Of a DNA stretch of 64,000 nt, positions 27,303 through 41,054 are shown one piece after another. The position numbers and the translations under genes are program-made. This DNA is from Octopus sinensis (lineage: Eukaryota), in contig NC_043013.1 of NCBI RefSeq assembly GCF_006345805.1, forward strand, positions 42,284,001 to 42,348,000, given 5' to 3'. Numbering within the stretch: position 1 is the first letter of the stretch; every line of letters begins with the position of its first letter. The notes under the pieces are model-generated. The model searched no databases and had not been told where the DNA came from. It worked only from the letters and a program-made list of their open reading frames with translations.

Positions 27303-27787
27303 CCGTAAATCCTTGAGTATAATACGCAGAGGATTTTTAAGGGGCTGTACCTCTGAAAAACCTAAACCTTGTGTATAATACGCACCCCTTTTCTAACTTG
27401 AGTTGTGCATAATTAAACCAGCAGCACCTAGTCGAACAAACACTTCCGCGCATGCGTAATACAACAATGGTGATGTTCTTAACTGTTACATGGGAATGTA
27501 AATATGTTTGCAACTTGTTTTTGTTACATGCTTTTCTTTGTTCTGAATACTTTTATCTTAATAAATGTTACTTACTGCAAGTTATGGATGATTCTTTTAT
27601 GACTTCATTGCTTTCAGGCTTAGCTTAAGGTATTTTCGCGCCCGACATCACAAAATGCGTCTGAATAAACATTACCGGAGAGCAAATGGAGGAGACTCGG
27701 ACATTGCTTAGAAAATATTTTTTTCATTTTTAACCTCGTATATAGTACGCACTAGGGATTTTGACCTTTAAATTTTGGGAAAAACTG
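27303..27787 (-). mobile_element. pogo/Tigger-like MITE (inverted, diverged relative of 57747-58260)
   Basis: TA|CCGTAAATCCTTGAGTATAATACGC terminus. Interior is the reverse complement of the 57.7/58.9-kb MITEs; right TIR is partly deleted. Confidence 0.75.
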
Positions 27788-28087
27788 TAGGATAAAGGAG
27801 TAATCTCTAGTAGAGATTAATAATACATTCTATTTTTGCTGAGTCACTCACTTGCTACCCTGAGTTTCATCTGTAGGTGCTTTGCCTGAAGCTCCTATGT
27901 ACCGACATCTGATACTCAGAGTAACAAGAATACTGACTGGAGCAAAATAAAAGTGTGTGTGTGTACACAAACGAGCAAACTGATCTCAGTGCTTTTTCTA
28001 TCGGTGTCTTTTGCCAAACTGCTAATTTACGGGAACGTAAACAAACTATAACTGGTTGGTGTTGATAAAGTAGTATGTGAGGCGGGG

Positions 28088-28122
<35 letters not shown>

Positions 28123-28479
28123 GTAGTAGAAGTAGTAGTAACAGAAAAGAGGAATTTCGGTTGTCCCCACGTGAACCGGTCGATATATTAAAAACTATAT
28201 TAAAACCATATAAGTGTGCGTGTTTTCCTTTTTTAATTTCTTATATATATATAAGCGGTTCGGCAAAAGAGACCGATAGAATAAGTACTGGGCTTACAAA
28301 AGAATAAGTCCCAGGGTCGAGTTGCTCGACTAAAGGCGGTGCTCCAGCATGGCCACAGTCAAATGACTGAAACAAGTAAAAGAAAAAAGAAAAAGAAAGA
28401 ATATATATATATATATATATATGTATATATGCGTATACAGACATACATACATGTAGCTACGGTTACATACATTATGACC

Positions 28480-31085
28480 GAGCAGCTGAATTGAAGAAAA
28501 TAATTTAAAAACTGGAGAAAATGGAAATTATTCAAAAAGTAGATTATTCTAGGTGGGCAGTACCAACTGTGTGTATTAAAAAAAAATGAGGGTGTCTGGC
28601 GATTTTTCTACTAGCTTGAATGACTATATCTAAAAATGTGCTACTATCCACTGCCTACTCCAGAGAATATTTTTGCATAATTAAATGGTGGCAAAATATT
28701 TTCGAAACTAGATCTGTCTGATGCAAATTAAAGTAGACAAGAAATGCTCGAAGGCTCTAACAGTGAGTACGCACAAAGACTATACAAATACAATATATTT
28801 CCATTTGGTCTGAAGGTTGCACCTGCAATATTTCAACAGGTAATAGATGTGATATTGACGGACTGTCAATTCGCAATTCCATACCTGGATGATGCATTAA
28901 TTAAAAGTGAATCTCGTGATCAGCATATCGGACATGCGAAGTGGGTTTTACAAAGAATAAGAGATTACGGTTTCACACCCAGTGAGTAGAAATGTGAATT
29001 TGTTTTGCCTAAAATGAAATATTTAGGACAGATTATCGATAAAAATGGAAGACGACCTGGCCCGTCGAGGGCAGACGCGATTAAAAATATGCCTCCCCCA
29101 ACTAACATAGCGATGTTACAAGCTTTTCTTGGCCTAGCGAACTATTATCAAAATTACACACCAAACATGGATGAATTGAGGGCTCCACTTAATGATCTGC
29201 TATAGAAAGACGCCAAATGGAATTGGTCAAATAACTGTCAAATAACGTTTCAGGATATCAAAAGAATATTAATTTCGGATTTGTCACTGGCTAATATCGA
29301 TCCTGCAGCGGGGTTTACTATAGCATCTGACGCTTCTGAATATGGCGGAGGAGCGGTTTTGCTACACAAATACAAAGACGGTAATATGAAGGCGGTGGTT
29401 CATGCCTCACGTGCACTGATTGCAGCAGAGAAAAACTACAGTCAGATAGAGAAAGAATCTCTAGCGATTATTTTTACCGTGAAGAAATTTCACAGATTTC
29501 TCCACGGTAGAAGTTTTCAGCTTCAAACGGACTACCGACAATTACTATCAATTTTCGGATCGAAGAAAGGAATACAGCCAACGCTGGGTTACAGTATTGT
29601 TAAATTACAACTTTAAGATGGAGTACATTCCTTCTAATACAATCAAAAAAGGAAATTCTTTACTCTAAGCACAAGGTCCGAAATTTTGAGGGAAGGGGCA
29701 GTCGATTAGATCGACCCCAGTACGCAGCTGGTACTTAATTTATCGACCCCGAAGGATGAAAGGCAAAGTCGATCTCGGCGGAATTTGAACACAGAACATA
29801 AAGAGACGAAATACCTATTTCTTTACTACCCACAAGGGGCTAAACACAGAGAGGACAAACAAGGACAGACAAACGGATTAAGTCGATTATATCGACCCCA
29901 ATGCGTAACTAGTACTTATTTAATCGAACCCGAAAGGATGAAAGGCAAAGTCGACCTTGACGGAATTTGAACTCAGAACGTAACGGCAGACGAAATACCT
30001 ATTTCTTTATTACCCACAAGGGGCTAAACATAGAGGGGACAAACAAGGACAGACATAGGTATTAAGTCGATTACATCGACCCAGTGCGTAACTGGTACTT
30101 AATTTATCGACCCCGAAAGGATGAAAGGTAAAGTCGACCTCGGCGGAATTTGAACTCAGAACGTAACGGCAGACGAAATACCGCTGAGCATTTCGCCCAG
30201 TGTGCTAACGTTTCTGCCAGCTCGCCGCCTTAATCAGAAAAGGAAATTAAGAACGCTATGTGTAATGTCAATCCGGAGTTGCCAGTGACTGTACAAGGTA
30301 TAAAAAGTAAATCAGCGGAGGACAAACACATGATCAAAATGAAAGAAACCTTGAAAAATAAACAAAAGAGAAACACTTTTCATTCTGCGACGATGTACGC
30401 AGAAAGAGTGGTAGGTCCAACTGCACTACAGAAACTGATATTACATGAATTTCATAGTGGACATCAGGGGATGTCAAGAATGAAAGCTTCGGTGAGGAGC
30501 TACGTGTATCGGCAACAATTTACCGGATACGAGTTCAAGAAATTTTGCAAAATGCATGCAAACAAACACAGGTTTACCCCGCCCTACCACCCAATGAGCA
30601 AGCAGAACGATTCGTACTTTCAAGCGAGCGCTAGAATAATCAAGGAACGAGTTAGGAAATGGAGAAGCGCTAACTAAATTCTTAAAGGTGTACAGAATAA
30701 TGCCCAATCCGAATTCCAGTTCAGACAAGTCGCCTGCAGAGCTAATGTTCGCTCGAAAGGATTAAATCGATCTTCGACAAATTGTTACCAAAGGAAAAAA
30801 CGTACAGAGAAAATACAAAAAAATTAACAAAACATTTTGATGTCGGAGACAAAGTTCATTTCAAAGTATACAAGAACGGTAAAGAGAGTTGGCAGGATGG
30901 TGTAGTAACTAAAAGAATGGGAAACCGGATGTATTTAATAAATGACCAACGATGGGAACATAAGCGACACTTAAAACCCAAACATACAGAAGAAAGGAAA
31001 GAAACTCCAATGGAGGTGTTTCACGACATGTTGGATGTGCCAGCACCGAAAGAGATTGAGCCTAGAAAGAGCAGTAAGTGAAAAC
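28480..31085 (+). mobile_element. Ty3/Gypsy LTR-retrotransposon pol remnant (RT-RNase H-integrase), interrupted by a SINE array
   Basis: PFGLKVAPAIFQQ, YLDD, KYLGQII, AFLGLANYY, DASEYG, YSQIEKESLAIIF, LHEFHSGHQGMSRMK, PPYHP. Domain order is RT-RH-IN. No clear LTRs. Confidence 0.9.
29658..30231 (-). mobile_element. Trimeric family A SINE with 17-bp TSD
   Basis: One tRNA head plus three ~170-bp body units. Flanks aatcaaaaaaggaaatt (29641) and aatcagaaaaggaaatt (30232). Confidence 0.85.
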
Positions 31086-31451
31086 ATAAACAGACTGAAC
31101 ATTGTAAATGTTCAGTCTGTGAACATATCTGATCGAAAGTAAACGTTGCAGGTTCTGTTTCGCGGAAAGGAGAATTATTCTAAAATGCTTATACGATCCG
31201 GAAAACGACCCGGATCGTATAAATATTTTAGAATAATTCTCCTTTCCGCGAAACAGAACCTGCAACGTTTACTTTCGATCAAATATGGCCAGACCATTCT
31301 AGTAACTATGTTTTGTTACATTTCTTTTCCTCAACACTGAGCTATCTGGGGGCAATATATTCCTCCAGGGTAAAAGAGGTCATCATATCTGATGCAATAG
31401 TAGACGCGAAACTAGCTGCAATAGTAGACGCGAAACTGACGGTATCATTCT

Positions 31452-32056
31452 TTTCTACTCTAGGCACAAGGCCCGAAATTTTGGGGGAAGGGGCCAGTCG
31501 ATTAGATCGACCCCAGTACGCAGCTGGTACTTAATTTATCGACCCCGAAAGGATTAAAAGCAAAGTCGACCCCGAAAGGATGAAAGACAAAGTCGACCCT
31601 GGCGGAATTTGAACTCAGAACGTAACGGCAGACAAAATACCTATTTCTTTACTACCCACAAGGGGCTAAACACAGAGAGGACAAACAAGGATAGACAAAC
31701 TGATTAAGTCGATTATATCGACCCCAATGCGTAACTGGTACTTAATTTATCGACCCCGAAAGGATGAAAGGCAAAGTCGACCCCGGCGGAATTTGAACTG
31801 AGAACGCAACGGCAGACGAAATACCTATTTCTTTATTACCCACAAGGGGCTAAACACAGAGGAGACAAACAAGGACAGACATAGGTATTAAGTCGATTAC
31901 ATCGACCCCAGTGCGTAACAGGTACTTAATTTATCGACCCCGAAAGGATGAAAGGCAAAGTCGACCTCGGCGGAATTTGAACTCACAACGTAACGCAGAC
32001 GAAATACCGCTAAGCATTTCCCCCGGCGTGCTAACGTTTCTGCCAGCTCGCCGCCT
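31452..32056 (-). mobile_element. Trimeric family A SINE
   Basis: Same architecture. Flanks tgacggtatcattct (31437) and cggcggtaacattct (32059). Confidence 0.85.
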
Positions 32057-32794
32057 TCCGGCGGTAACATTCTGACTAGTCATATGCCATAACCAGTAAT
32101 AACTACTCAACGATACATATCGGTTTAGGTTATTAGATATAAAGGAGAAACAAAGGATTTACAAACGTAATTCCTCGCATCTGGTTAAGCACTGCTTTGT
32201 GGTTCGGCCTGCTAGTACCGACGCTATTGTTTACAAGTTGCGATACCATGCAAGTAAATGAAAACAAAAAAGAAAAAAAATAGCAAATGGATATTTTATA
32301 ATAACTTATACTCTGGAAATAAGAATAGATCAAGCGGAAAAAAAGCTTAACAGGTTTTTACGAAACTAAATTTGCCAACTTAAGAGTCGAGTCGCTTCTT
32401 TTAAAGCTGACAATTTGCTTTCATTGATTTATTTTATTCATTTTTTTTTTCCTGTTCCCGTTCTAGAAATCTAGATTTAAACAGATTACGGAATAACAAA
32501 ACGCTGATAAGCTGATTATATTGTCTTATTTCGATTATAGTCTTCTGTCAGCTTGCTTTCCATGCAATGGAGTTAACGACCATCTTTCCCGCTGTTTGTT
32601 TCAACTCCATTTCTGTCAAGTCAACAAGGGAGTCTTTATATAGTCGCTCGATGTGCTAGAAATAGCAATCAATGTTACTTTAAATGAACACCTCTCTCCC
32701 ATGTTCTTAAAAATATATAATGCATTAGATAATGTAGTCTCCGATACTCTCTCCTAAAATTGGATCAGATGACCACAGATATATATATATATAT

Positions 32795-32829
<35 letters not shown>

Positions 32830-33390
32830 AAGCATAGTGTTTACTGATTTTAACCCACGTGGTGGAAAGGGGAGAGCAGAAATTCTTCGCTTGCATATTT
32901 TGAGTTTGTTGGCACTGTTAGTTTCGAGCAGATCTTCAAAAGCGATAAGAAGCCGAAAGGGTATGCTCCCACTTTCAGTGTTTTCAAATCCAAACCAAGG
33001 AGTTCTGAGCTGATGATAGAAATGTCGAGTTGACTAATCTAGAAACGTACGTTCTCAAATAACCTTTGCATTTGATTTTTTAATGTCTTTACCCCCATAC
33101 TTTCGTGAGTTGAATTGAGCAAACACTATATGAGAGAGATTTTCTTTAAGTATTAGAAATAGTTTTAAAAAAGTTTTTAGCTACTATTTCTAATGAGTTC
33201 AGTATGTGGCAAAGTAATTTATTTTACTAAGCCCTTTTATATAATGTAATAATTTGAATTCGCCTTAAATGGTCCCTTTGCATACTGAATACTTGGTGAA
33301 ATTGATTAATAATTAATTAATTTTACCCTCAATTGTTGAAATTATATATATATATATATATATTTCCTAATATAATAATGAGCGTTGTGT

Positions 33391-33473
<83 letters not shown>

Positions 33474-34046
33474 TAGTTGTCCAAAATCACGCTGGACGGA
33501 GTAGGAGAAAGAGTAGTATAAGTGAAGGGAGAGAAAATAGTAATTCATTGAAGGAGAAGTAGTGAGAGTAATAGCGCTGACTGAGAGGGAGTGAGAGAAA
33601 GTAATTGCAATGAGAGAAAGGAAGTGGCAAAGAGCGCGTCGTGTATCTTCTGTTTTCCTCCGTCACAACATATGAATGAGAAGGGTGATAGATGAATAAC
33701 GAAGGAAGGGGTGAAAAAAATGAATGTATGTGTATGTAAAAGGGAGATGTTTGTGTGTGTGAGTGTGTTTGTGTGTGAGCGTGTTTGTGTGTGAGTGTGT
33801 TTGTGTGTGAGTGTGTTTGTGTGTGAGTGTGTTTGTGTGTGTGTGTGAGTGTGTGTGAGTGTGTGAGTGTGTGTGAGTGTGTGTGAGTGTGTGCGCTCGA
33901 GCGCTCGAAATGGGATGGTGAACGTTTAACGCTGAAGAGAAAAATCAAACAGCATTTCAACAGAGTATATGTGTGTAAATGCAGAAGGGAAGCATGTGAA
34001 TGTATGTGAACATTGACAAGTGTGTTAATTTGATTTACCATCCATA

Positions 34047-34437
34047 TCTTCTACTATAATAATATTCGTGTGTATTTCTCCGTCACGACATATGAATGAG
34101 AAAGGAAGGGGTGATAGAAGAAAAAGGAAGGAAGAGATGATGGCAAACTTGGTAGTGGGAATGATGGAAGTTCTACGGTGAAAAAATCAATCAGCGTTTT
34201 AACTCTTCAGAGTATATGTGTCTATAAAAGGGAGTCATGTGAATGTGTGTGCGCGCGTGCAATGGAAGTGGGATGGGGAACATTCAGCACTGAAAAGAAA
34301 AATCAAACAGCATTTCAACTCTGTGTGAATATATATGTGTCTGCGTGTACAAGGGAAGTATGTGAATTTTTTGTATCTGTGATACAATATACAAAATACA
34401 ATTAGTCATCATTTTCTGACGTCACGGGGTCAGCTCG
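34047..34437 (+). mobile_element. Possible non-autonomous Helitron
   Basis: A|TCTTCTACTATAATA 5' end and gtcacggggtcagCTCG|T 3' end (a CTAG variant). Interior resembles 33640-34010. Confidence 0.4.
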
Positions 34438-35259
34438 TATACTATAATAAAGAAAGCTGTTTATTAATTAATTTGGAATATGTAACTTTTAGTAAAAATA
34501 AAAGCAATTATTGAAGTCTATACTCTCTAGAAAATCCCTATAAATTCCAATTTTGATATATTGCTTTATCAAAACAGGAGTGTCAAATTCTTTTATTATT
34601 GAAAATTTTAACTTCGTGGTTCAATTACAAGACTAATTTTTATTCAAAGCGACAAAGTTATTTAACACTACAAGATAGTATTTTTAAAGTCTCTGTTTAT
34701 ACTTCTTCTGGAAGTATAAAGGTTGCCAAATATTTGCGACGCTACACTCTACCGATATATCAATATCCTAGTTATATCTTTAATCCAGCGTCAGCCAAAT
34801 TGAGTTGATTCCATTATCCTTTCATATTGGGTTTTGTTGAAGAAATTGAATGCCGAATAAAAAACTGCTTTAAATTTACTAACGCCAGTTGGACATAATT
34901 ACAAATACCTACCCACCTCCATGACTGTTTTCACATAACTTTCAGAAAAAAAATGGATATTTTAAAATCAAATTTCCTATAAATTCCGTTTAAATAATGT
35001 AGAACCAGAATCATATCACAATTTAATGTGAAATTGGAGGGTGGTGTGTGGATATTTCAGGCGTCTCGGCTTTGTTTTCTTGTACAGTTCGATGATGTTA
35101 GTTACAATTGAGTTGAAAAATAATATTTTGAGAATTATTCTACCTATTTTACCTTTTGGAATTTCTTAAATGAATATTTTTTAACAAAATGAAATTTTCC
35201 AGATATACCGGCATAATTCGAAAAAAGCAAAAGATAAAAGAATGTTTTAAATTTTTGCA

Positions 35260-35893
35260 CAGGGCCAGCAATTTCTAAGTAATTGACTGGTACTTATTAC
35301 ATCGACCCCGAAAGGATGAAAGGCAAAGTCGACTTCGGCAGCATGTAAACTCAGAACGTAAAAAACAAGAGAAATGCCGCAAAGCATTTTGCCCGGCGTT
35401 CTAAAGAGTTTGTCAGCTCACCGATTTAGACTGCGATAAAATATTCTTTTCTACTCTAGGCACAAGGCTCGAAATTTTGGGGGAGTGGGGCCAGTCGATT
35501 AGACATACCCCAGTACGTAACTGGTACTTAATTTATCGATCCCGAAAGGATGAAAGGCAAAGTCGACCTCGGAGGGATTTGAACTCGGAACATAAAGACA
35601 GATGAAATACCGCTAAAGCATTTCGCCCGACCTGCTAACATTTCTGCCAGCTCACCGATTTAGACTGCGATAAAATATTCTTTTCTACTCTAGGCACAAG
35701 GCTCGAAATTTTGGGGGAGTGGGACCAGTCGATTAGACATACCCCAGTACGTAACTGGTACTTAATTTATCGATCCCGTAAGGATGAAAGGCAAAGTCGA
35801 CCTCGGCGGAATTTGAACTCAGAACGTAAAGACAGACGAAATACCGCTAAAGCATTTCGCCTGGCGTGCTAACGTTTCTGCCAGCTCGCCGTC
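35260..35893 (-). mobile_element. Three tandem family A SINE copies
   Basis: Repeated cgaaaggatgaaaggcaaagtcgac...ctgccagctc units. The spacer gatttagactgcgataaaatatt is duplicated (~35423, ~35657). Confidence 0.8.
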
Positions 35894-36814
35894 TTACTAC
35901 GATAAAATATTGAAAGAAACATTTAGCTTGCGAGTTAGTATTATTAGACGAATAAAAGATACAAGGGAAAATTAGGCGTAACATCCCAGTAAAGCTACAC
36001 GAATTGGGAATATCATTTTGCGACCAGAAGAATGACCGCACAGAAGACGATCTTTGTGCTAGGTATAATAATTCCTTCTAATTCTAGTACAATGCCAGCA
36101 ATTTTGAGGAATAGCGAAATCGATTAACACCGACACCGTGCTCAAATGGTACTTATTTTATCGTCCCCAATCAGCTAGGATGTATTTCTTAGCAAGGGGT
36201 TATCTACTAAAAACATCTCCCCCCAGAACTTACGTAAGATTTGCTCAAACTCAATGTGAACCAGACATTTCGTACACAAAATCACACGACATAGTATCAT
36301 CGTATTTCTTTTTACTCTCGGCACAAGGCCCGAAATTTGGGGGTGAGTGATCAAGTCGATGTGAGTTACTGTTCATTGTGGCAGGATTGGTAGTATGAAT
36401 ACTTAGTAATTTTCAAGAGTTTTATTAGCTGGCAATTCTGATCCTGAAAACATCCTATAGATAAAGGACGACACTTGAGAAGGAAAGATGATTCATGGGT
36501 AGATGTGGGAGATAGAAACACAAGTAAAGACGGAATTTCTGAGCTCCGAAACAAACAAAAAAGTCTAGTGTTCTAAAACGGAGTATGTGCCTTACTCATT
36601 GTAATGTGCCTTATTCATCCTCTATGTTTTACATTGTAATATACACAAAATGCATTTTCTAAATCTTTTATCTGATCCAGTCATTAGATTGCGGCCATAC
36701 TGGAGTACCACCTCGAGGAATGTTTAGTTGAATGAATCGATCCCAGTATATTTTCTAAAGCCTGGTACTCATTCTATCAATAGATGTTTGTGTGTGTGTG
36801 TGTATGTGTGTGTA

Positions 36815-36985
36815 GGCGTAGGAGTGGCTGTGTGGTAAGTAGCTTGCTTACCAACCACATGGTTCTGGGTTCAGTCCCACTGCGTGGCACCTTGCGCAAG
36901 TGTCTTCTACTATAGCCTCGGGCTGACCAAAGCCTTGTGAGTGGATTTGGTAGACGGAAACTGAAAGAAACCCGTTGTGTATATA
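36815..36985 (+). mobile_element. Family B SINE 5' half; its 3' half resumes at ~39610-39660 after the PLE insertion
   Basis: ggcgtaggagtggctgtgtgg...ggaaactgaaagaaacccg, then (TA)n. The continuation tgtgtttgtcccccaacatcgcttgacaaccgatgctggt at 39620 matches the uninterrupted copy at 56500-56750. Confidence 0.8.
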
Positions 36986-37023
36986 TATATGTGTGTATAT
37001 GTATGTATATATATATATATTAT

Positions 37024-37069
<46 letters not shown>

Positions 37070-37074
37070 ATATA

Positions 37075-39585
37075 AGAAGATAAAAACGGAAAATACGCAC
37101 ACTTACATGGTTATAGTATAATTTTTAATGTATCGACCGGTTTCGCAATCGCTATTCATGATACAATGTTTAATTTATATGAAAATGTATTTTTTCTTAA
37201 GAAGAAATTGGGTCCATGTTGTTTGAAATGAAATTCACGAGTGAATGATTTTACAAGTTGACAACTAAAGGGAGGTAATTGGTTGTTATTATTGTTATTG
37301 TTGTGTGTAAGGGAGATAACTGTTTAGGTTTTGGGTGGGAAATAAATGTGTACAGAAAGGAGACAGGTTTAAGAAAAAATTAAAAAAGGGGGCCTTGTTT
37401 AGTACAGTGATGTAATATGTAAAAATATAAAAATTAGTTATGCATGCTTATTAAGACGTGTTTTGTATTTTTCAATGAAAAAAGTTTCTTTATTTAAGCG
37501 TTCTAGTTGAGAGATTGTGTCTTTGCCCTGGTAGAAAAGGAAGACTAAAATTTGGTTTGATGTTACCTGCACATTTTTCTATGTGTTCACTAAGAGGAAT
37601 TTGTCTGTATTGCGGGAAACGGATTTGCTCCTTATGCAGAGTGATTCTCTTCCTCAAAATTAAACTCGTTTGTCCAATGTACTGATGACTGCAACCCGAG
37701 CAGGTTATTACATAAATTAGGTTCTCAGAGGCACAGGTGAAACTAGTTTTAATTGTGAACCTCTGTCCTTGTTTGAAAAGGAAATCCGAGCCTTCAAGAA
37801 GGTGGGGGCAGGTTCCACAGTTCGGGCGTCTACATTTTTCAACCGTTGGTTTCGTGGTTGTTTTGTAAAGCTTCGCATTTGTTAGTAGTCTCTTTAGCGA
37901 TTTGTCTTGTTTTTTGCATTTGATGAGTTTGTGTGTTTTCAGGATGTCGTTCATTTTTGGATATCTAGTTAGTAAAGGGAGAGTTTGCACAATAGTGTTG
38001 AATGCCTCACTGTTTCTGGGGTTGTGTGTTGATATAAAGAGTAATGTTTTGGTTTGAGGTATGGTGCTATTTCTTTTTGTTCTTTGTGTTTTTGTGTCTA
38101 ATTGTTTGGCACGTTTAATTCCCTCGTCGATAAGAGAGGGTGGATATTGTCTTTCAATAAGTGTTGTTTTGAGGTCTTGAAGACGAAGGTCCCGAGTTGT
38201 TCTATCAGACACTATTGTGCAGATCCTTTTTGCTAAGTTAAAAGGGATGTTTATTTTTATGTGTTTCGGGTGGCATGAGTTAAAAAGAAGATATTGTTTT
38301 GCGTCAGTTGGTTTATAATAAATGTCAGTTATGATTTCATTGTTGACTTTTTTTATCATGATGTCTAAAAATGGAAGTTGTTCTTTATTATATTCCATTG
38401 TGAATTGAATGTTACTATTTATGTCATTTAGTGTTATTTTGAAATCCAAAAGTTTGTCGATGTTCTCCTTTCAGATGATAAAGCAGTCATCTAGGTATCT
38501 CTTCCAATTTTCTCTTATGTAGAGGTAAAATGGTTAACCATATTTCTGAAGTGATACTTCATATAAGGTGAATTCAAAATAACCAATTATTAGGTTCGCA
38601 AGAACAGGAGCTGTTTTCGTCCCCATCGCAATTCCGCATTTCTGACGATAGTATGTGTCATCAAATAGGAAATAATTGTTCTGAAGTATAAATTTTAAGG
38701 ATTCAATAATAAAGGTCTGGTTTAATCGTTCCGAGAGCACTTCGGGGTACTTTTCCAACAAGAATTTAATTGCTTTAATTCCATAGTCATGGGGGATGTT
38801 GGTGTAAAGATTGATAACATCGAGGGTGACCAATACTGCTTCTTCATTAATCGTTTTTGGTAGGTGTTCTAACATGTCTAAATCATCCCTAATGAAGCTT
38901 TTGATGTATTTCAGCAAGGGCTTCAGTAGGATGTCTAGAACATTGCTCAGTCGGTGGGTTTCACAGGCTGGCCCAGCTACAATGGGTCTTAAAGTCAAGT
39001 CTTCTGGCGTTTGGATGTTTATATATTTGCCTGGTGATTGTTTGCAGGCTTCATTGATTATCTCGCTCTTGTGTATTTTAGGGAGGCCATAAAAAAGACT
39101 GGGTTTACATTTGAAGCTCGTGATGTAGTCTGTTTCTTTTTCTGTCAGGCCTTTTCCATGTAGGAGAATTAAGGATACAAGATTTTTCATGGTTTTTTGT
39201 TGTTTATAGTTTATAATTTTTTCGTAGAAGGCTTTGTTTTCTAATATGGAAAGTACTAGTTTTTTATAGTGTTCTGTGTCCATCAAAACTACAGCACTTC
39301 CTTTGTCAGCTTCTTTAATTGTCAGATCTGTGTCGTTTTTTAGTTCAGTCAGATTTTTCCATTCTAGATTGTTGAGGTCAGGATTAATTTTTCGTTTAAT
39401 GGATGTGTAGGGGAAATTTTGGATATGGTTGCAGTAGTCATCCAGTGTTTTATTCCTACCCTTATGTGGGAGGTAATTACTTCTGTTTTTGACTAGTGAT
39501 TCATCTTCGTTGTCGTAGTCAGTTAGTGCTTCTGCGAGTCGTAGTTTTCTGCAGAATTCTGAAATATTGTCTTTAATTTCATACA
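37075..39585 (-). mobile_element. Penelope-like element, Neptune-type (RT + Cys linker + GIY-YIG), 5'-truncated and frameshifted
   Basis: IKEADKGSAVV, FYGLPKIHK, LRPIVAG, LDVINLYTNIP, YRQKCGIAMG, RYLDD, LPFLDI, DIYYKPT, SCHPKH, CRRPNCGTCP, FTCASENLIYVITCSGCSHQYIGQT. Flanked by (TA)n. Confidence 0.93.
37129..37165 (-). ncRNA. Minimal hammerhead ribozyme with A3-U8 core variant
   Basis: Minus strand: TGTATC-ATGAATA-GC GATT GC-GAAA-CCGG-TC-GATACA. 6-bp stem I, palindromic stem III, GUC site; located in the PLE 3' end. Confidence 0.75.
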
Positions 39586-40105
39586 TATTATATATATATA
39601 TATATATATGTTTGTGTGTCTGTGTTTGTCCCCCAACATCGCTTGACAACCGATGCTGGTCGATTACTTCGACTTATCGGTGTTCAGCCGGTACCTTATT
39701 TTATGGACCCTGAGAAAACAGAAGGTAAAGTCAGTCTCAGCAAAATTTGAACTCAGAATGTAAAAAGCCGTGAGAAATGCCGCTAAGTATTGTGTCCGAC
39801 GTGTTAACGATTTTGACAGCTCACAATCCTACTACATACAATATTAGCCACATCTTTAATATTAGAACAACAACTAGTACAACAACAAAAATTACAACAT
39901 CAACGGCATCAGCTGCAACAACAATATCGTCACCGTCAACAACAACAAACGCGTGAACTATTAAAATGGCGCCTGTTAGTCTCGTTATCTGCTAAACAAT
40001 CGACTCGTGTTACGACAAATTGACCGGTGTAAAATGATACGATATGAAATTAGGTCCGGATTAGGGTAGACGACACTCAGGAATCATATCTTACTGAAGT
40101 TATGT

Positions 40106-40141
<36 letters not shown>

Positions 40142-40171
40142 TTCATATATACATATCTATCTCTCTCTCTC

Positions 40172-40248
<77 letters not shown>

Positions 40249-40566
40249 TGTATGATGTATGTATGTATGTGTGTGCGTATATGTAGTAGGTGCAGGCACG
40301 TGTATGTATGGTAAGATGGTTTTTTCACAACTCAACTGTGGTAAGATGGTTGTTTCACAGCTCAACTGGTACTTATCATTTCATCGATCCCGAAAGGCCG
40401 AAAGGCAAAGTCGACCTCAGAACGCAAAGACAAATGAAATGTTGCGAAGCATTGTGTTTGGGTTACCAGTTCGCCTTTCCATACGTACAACACATATACG
40501 TACCTATATGTATATGTGTGTGTGTGGGGGGTGTATGTGCGTGTGTGTACTTACATGCACACACGC

Positions 40567-40600
<34 letters not shown>

Positions 40601-41054
40601 GTTGCTATTATGTTAAACTGTTGTATGTCCAAATTTGGCCAAATGCGTTTTTTTTTTTCCATAATTTTGCTTGCAATAGCCGCTTCTTTTGGTCAAGCTA
40701 TCGTATCTCCCAGATGCTTCACATGAAAATTGTCAGAGTGTAGTACAAAGTTTTAGCATTTTTCAAAAGTGCAGTAAGCCCCATATACAACAGTTATGCA
40801 TGGAGTTATGAGTTTATGCACCCAACAAAGTATTATTGTTAAGCTGAGACTGCTGTTAAAGTAAAAAGAAATGGAATGGTGAAACTATTTTTTTCATTTC
40901 CACAAAAAGCAACGTTTTGGGCTTACAACACTTTTGTATAATAGCAACGATATATATGTATGTGTATGCATGTGTGGTGTGTGTGTGTATATATATATAG
41001 ATATATATATATATATATATACATACACACCACACACACATGCATACACATACA

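Noticed and set aside
31290-31440. Possible Gypsy 3' LTR/polypurine tract, including a 24-bp tandem repeat
   Set aside because: No matching 5' LTR and no clear TG...CA boundaries.
29658-32056. Regular ~170-bp repeats resembling a CRISPR array or satellite
   Set aside because: Eukaryotic SINE body units with TSDs; no unique spacers and no cas genes.
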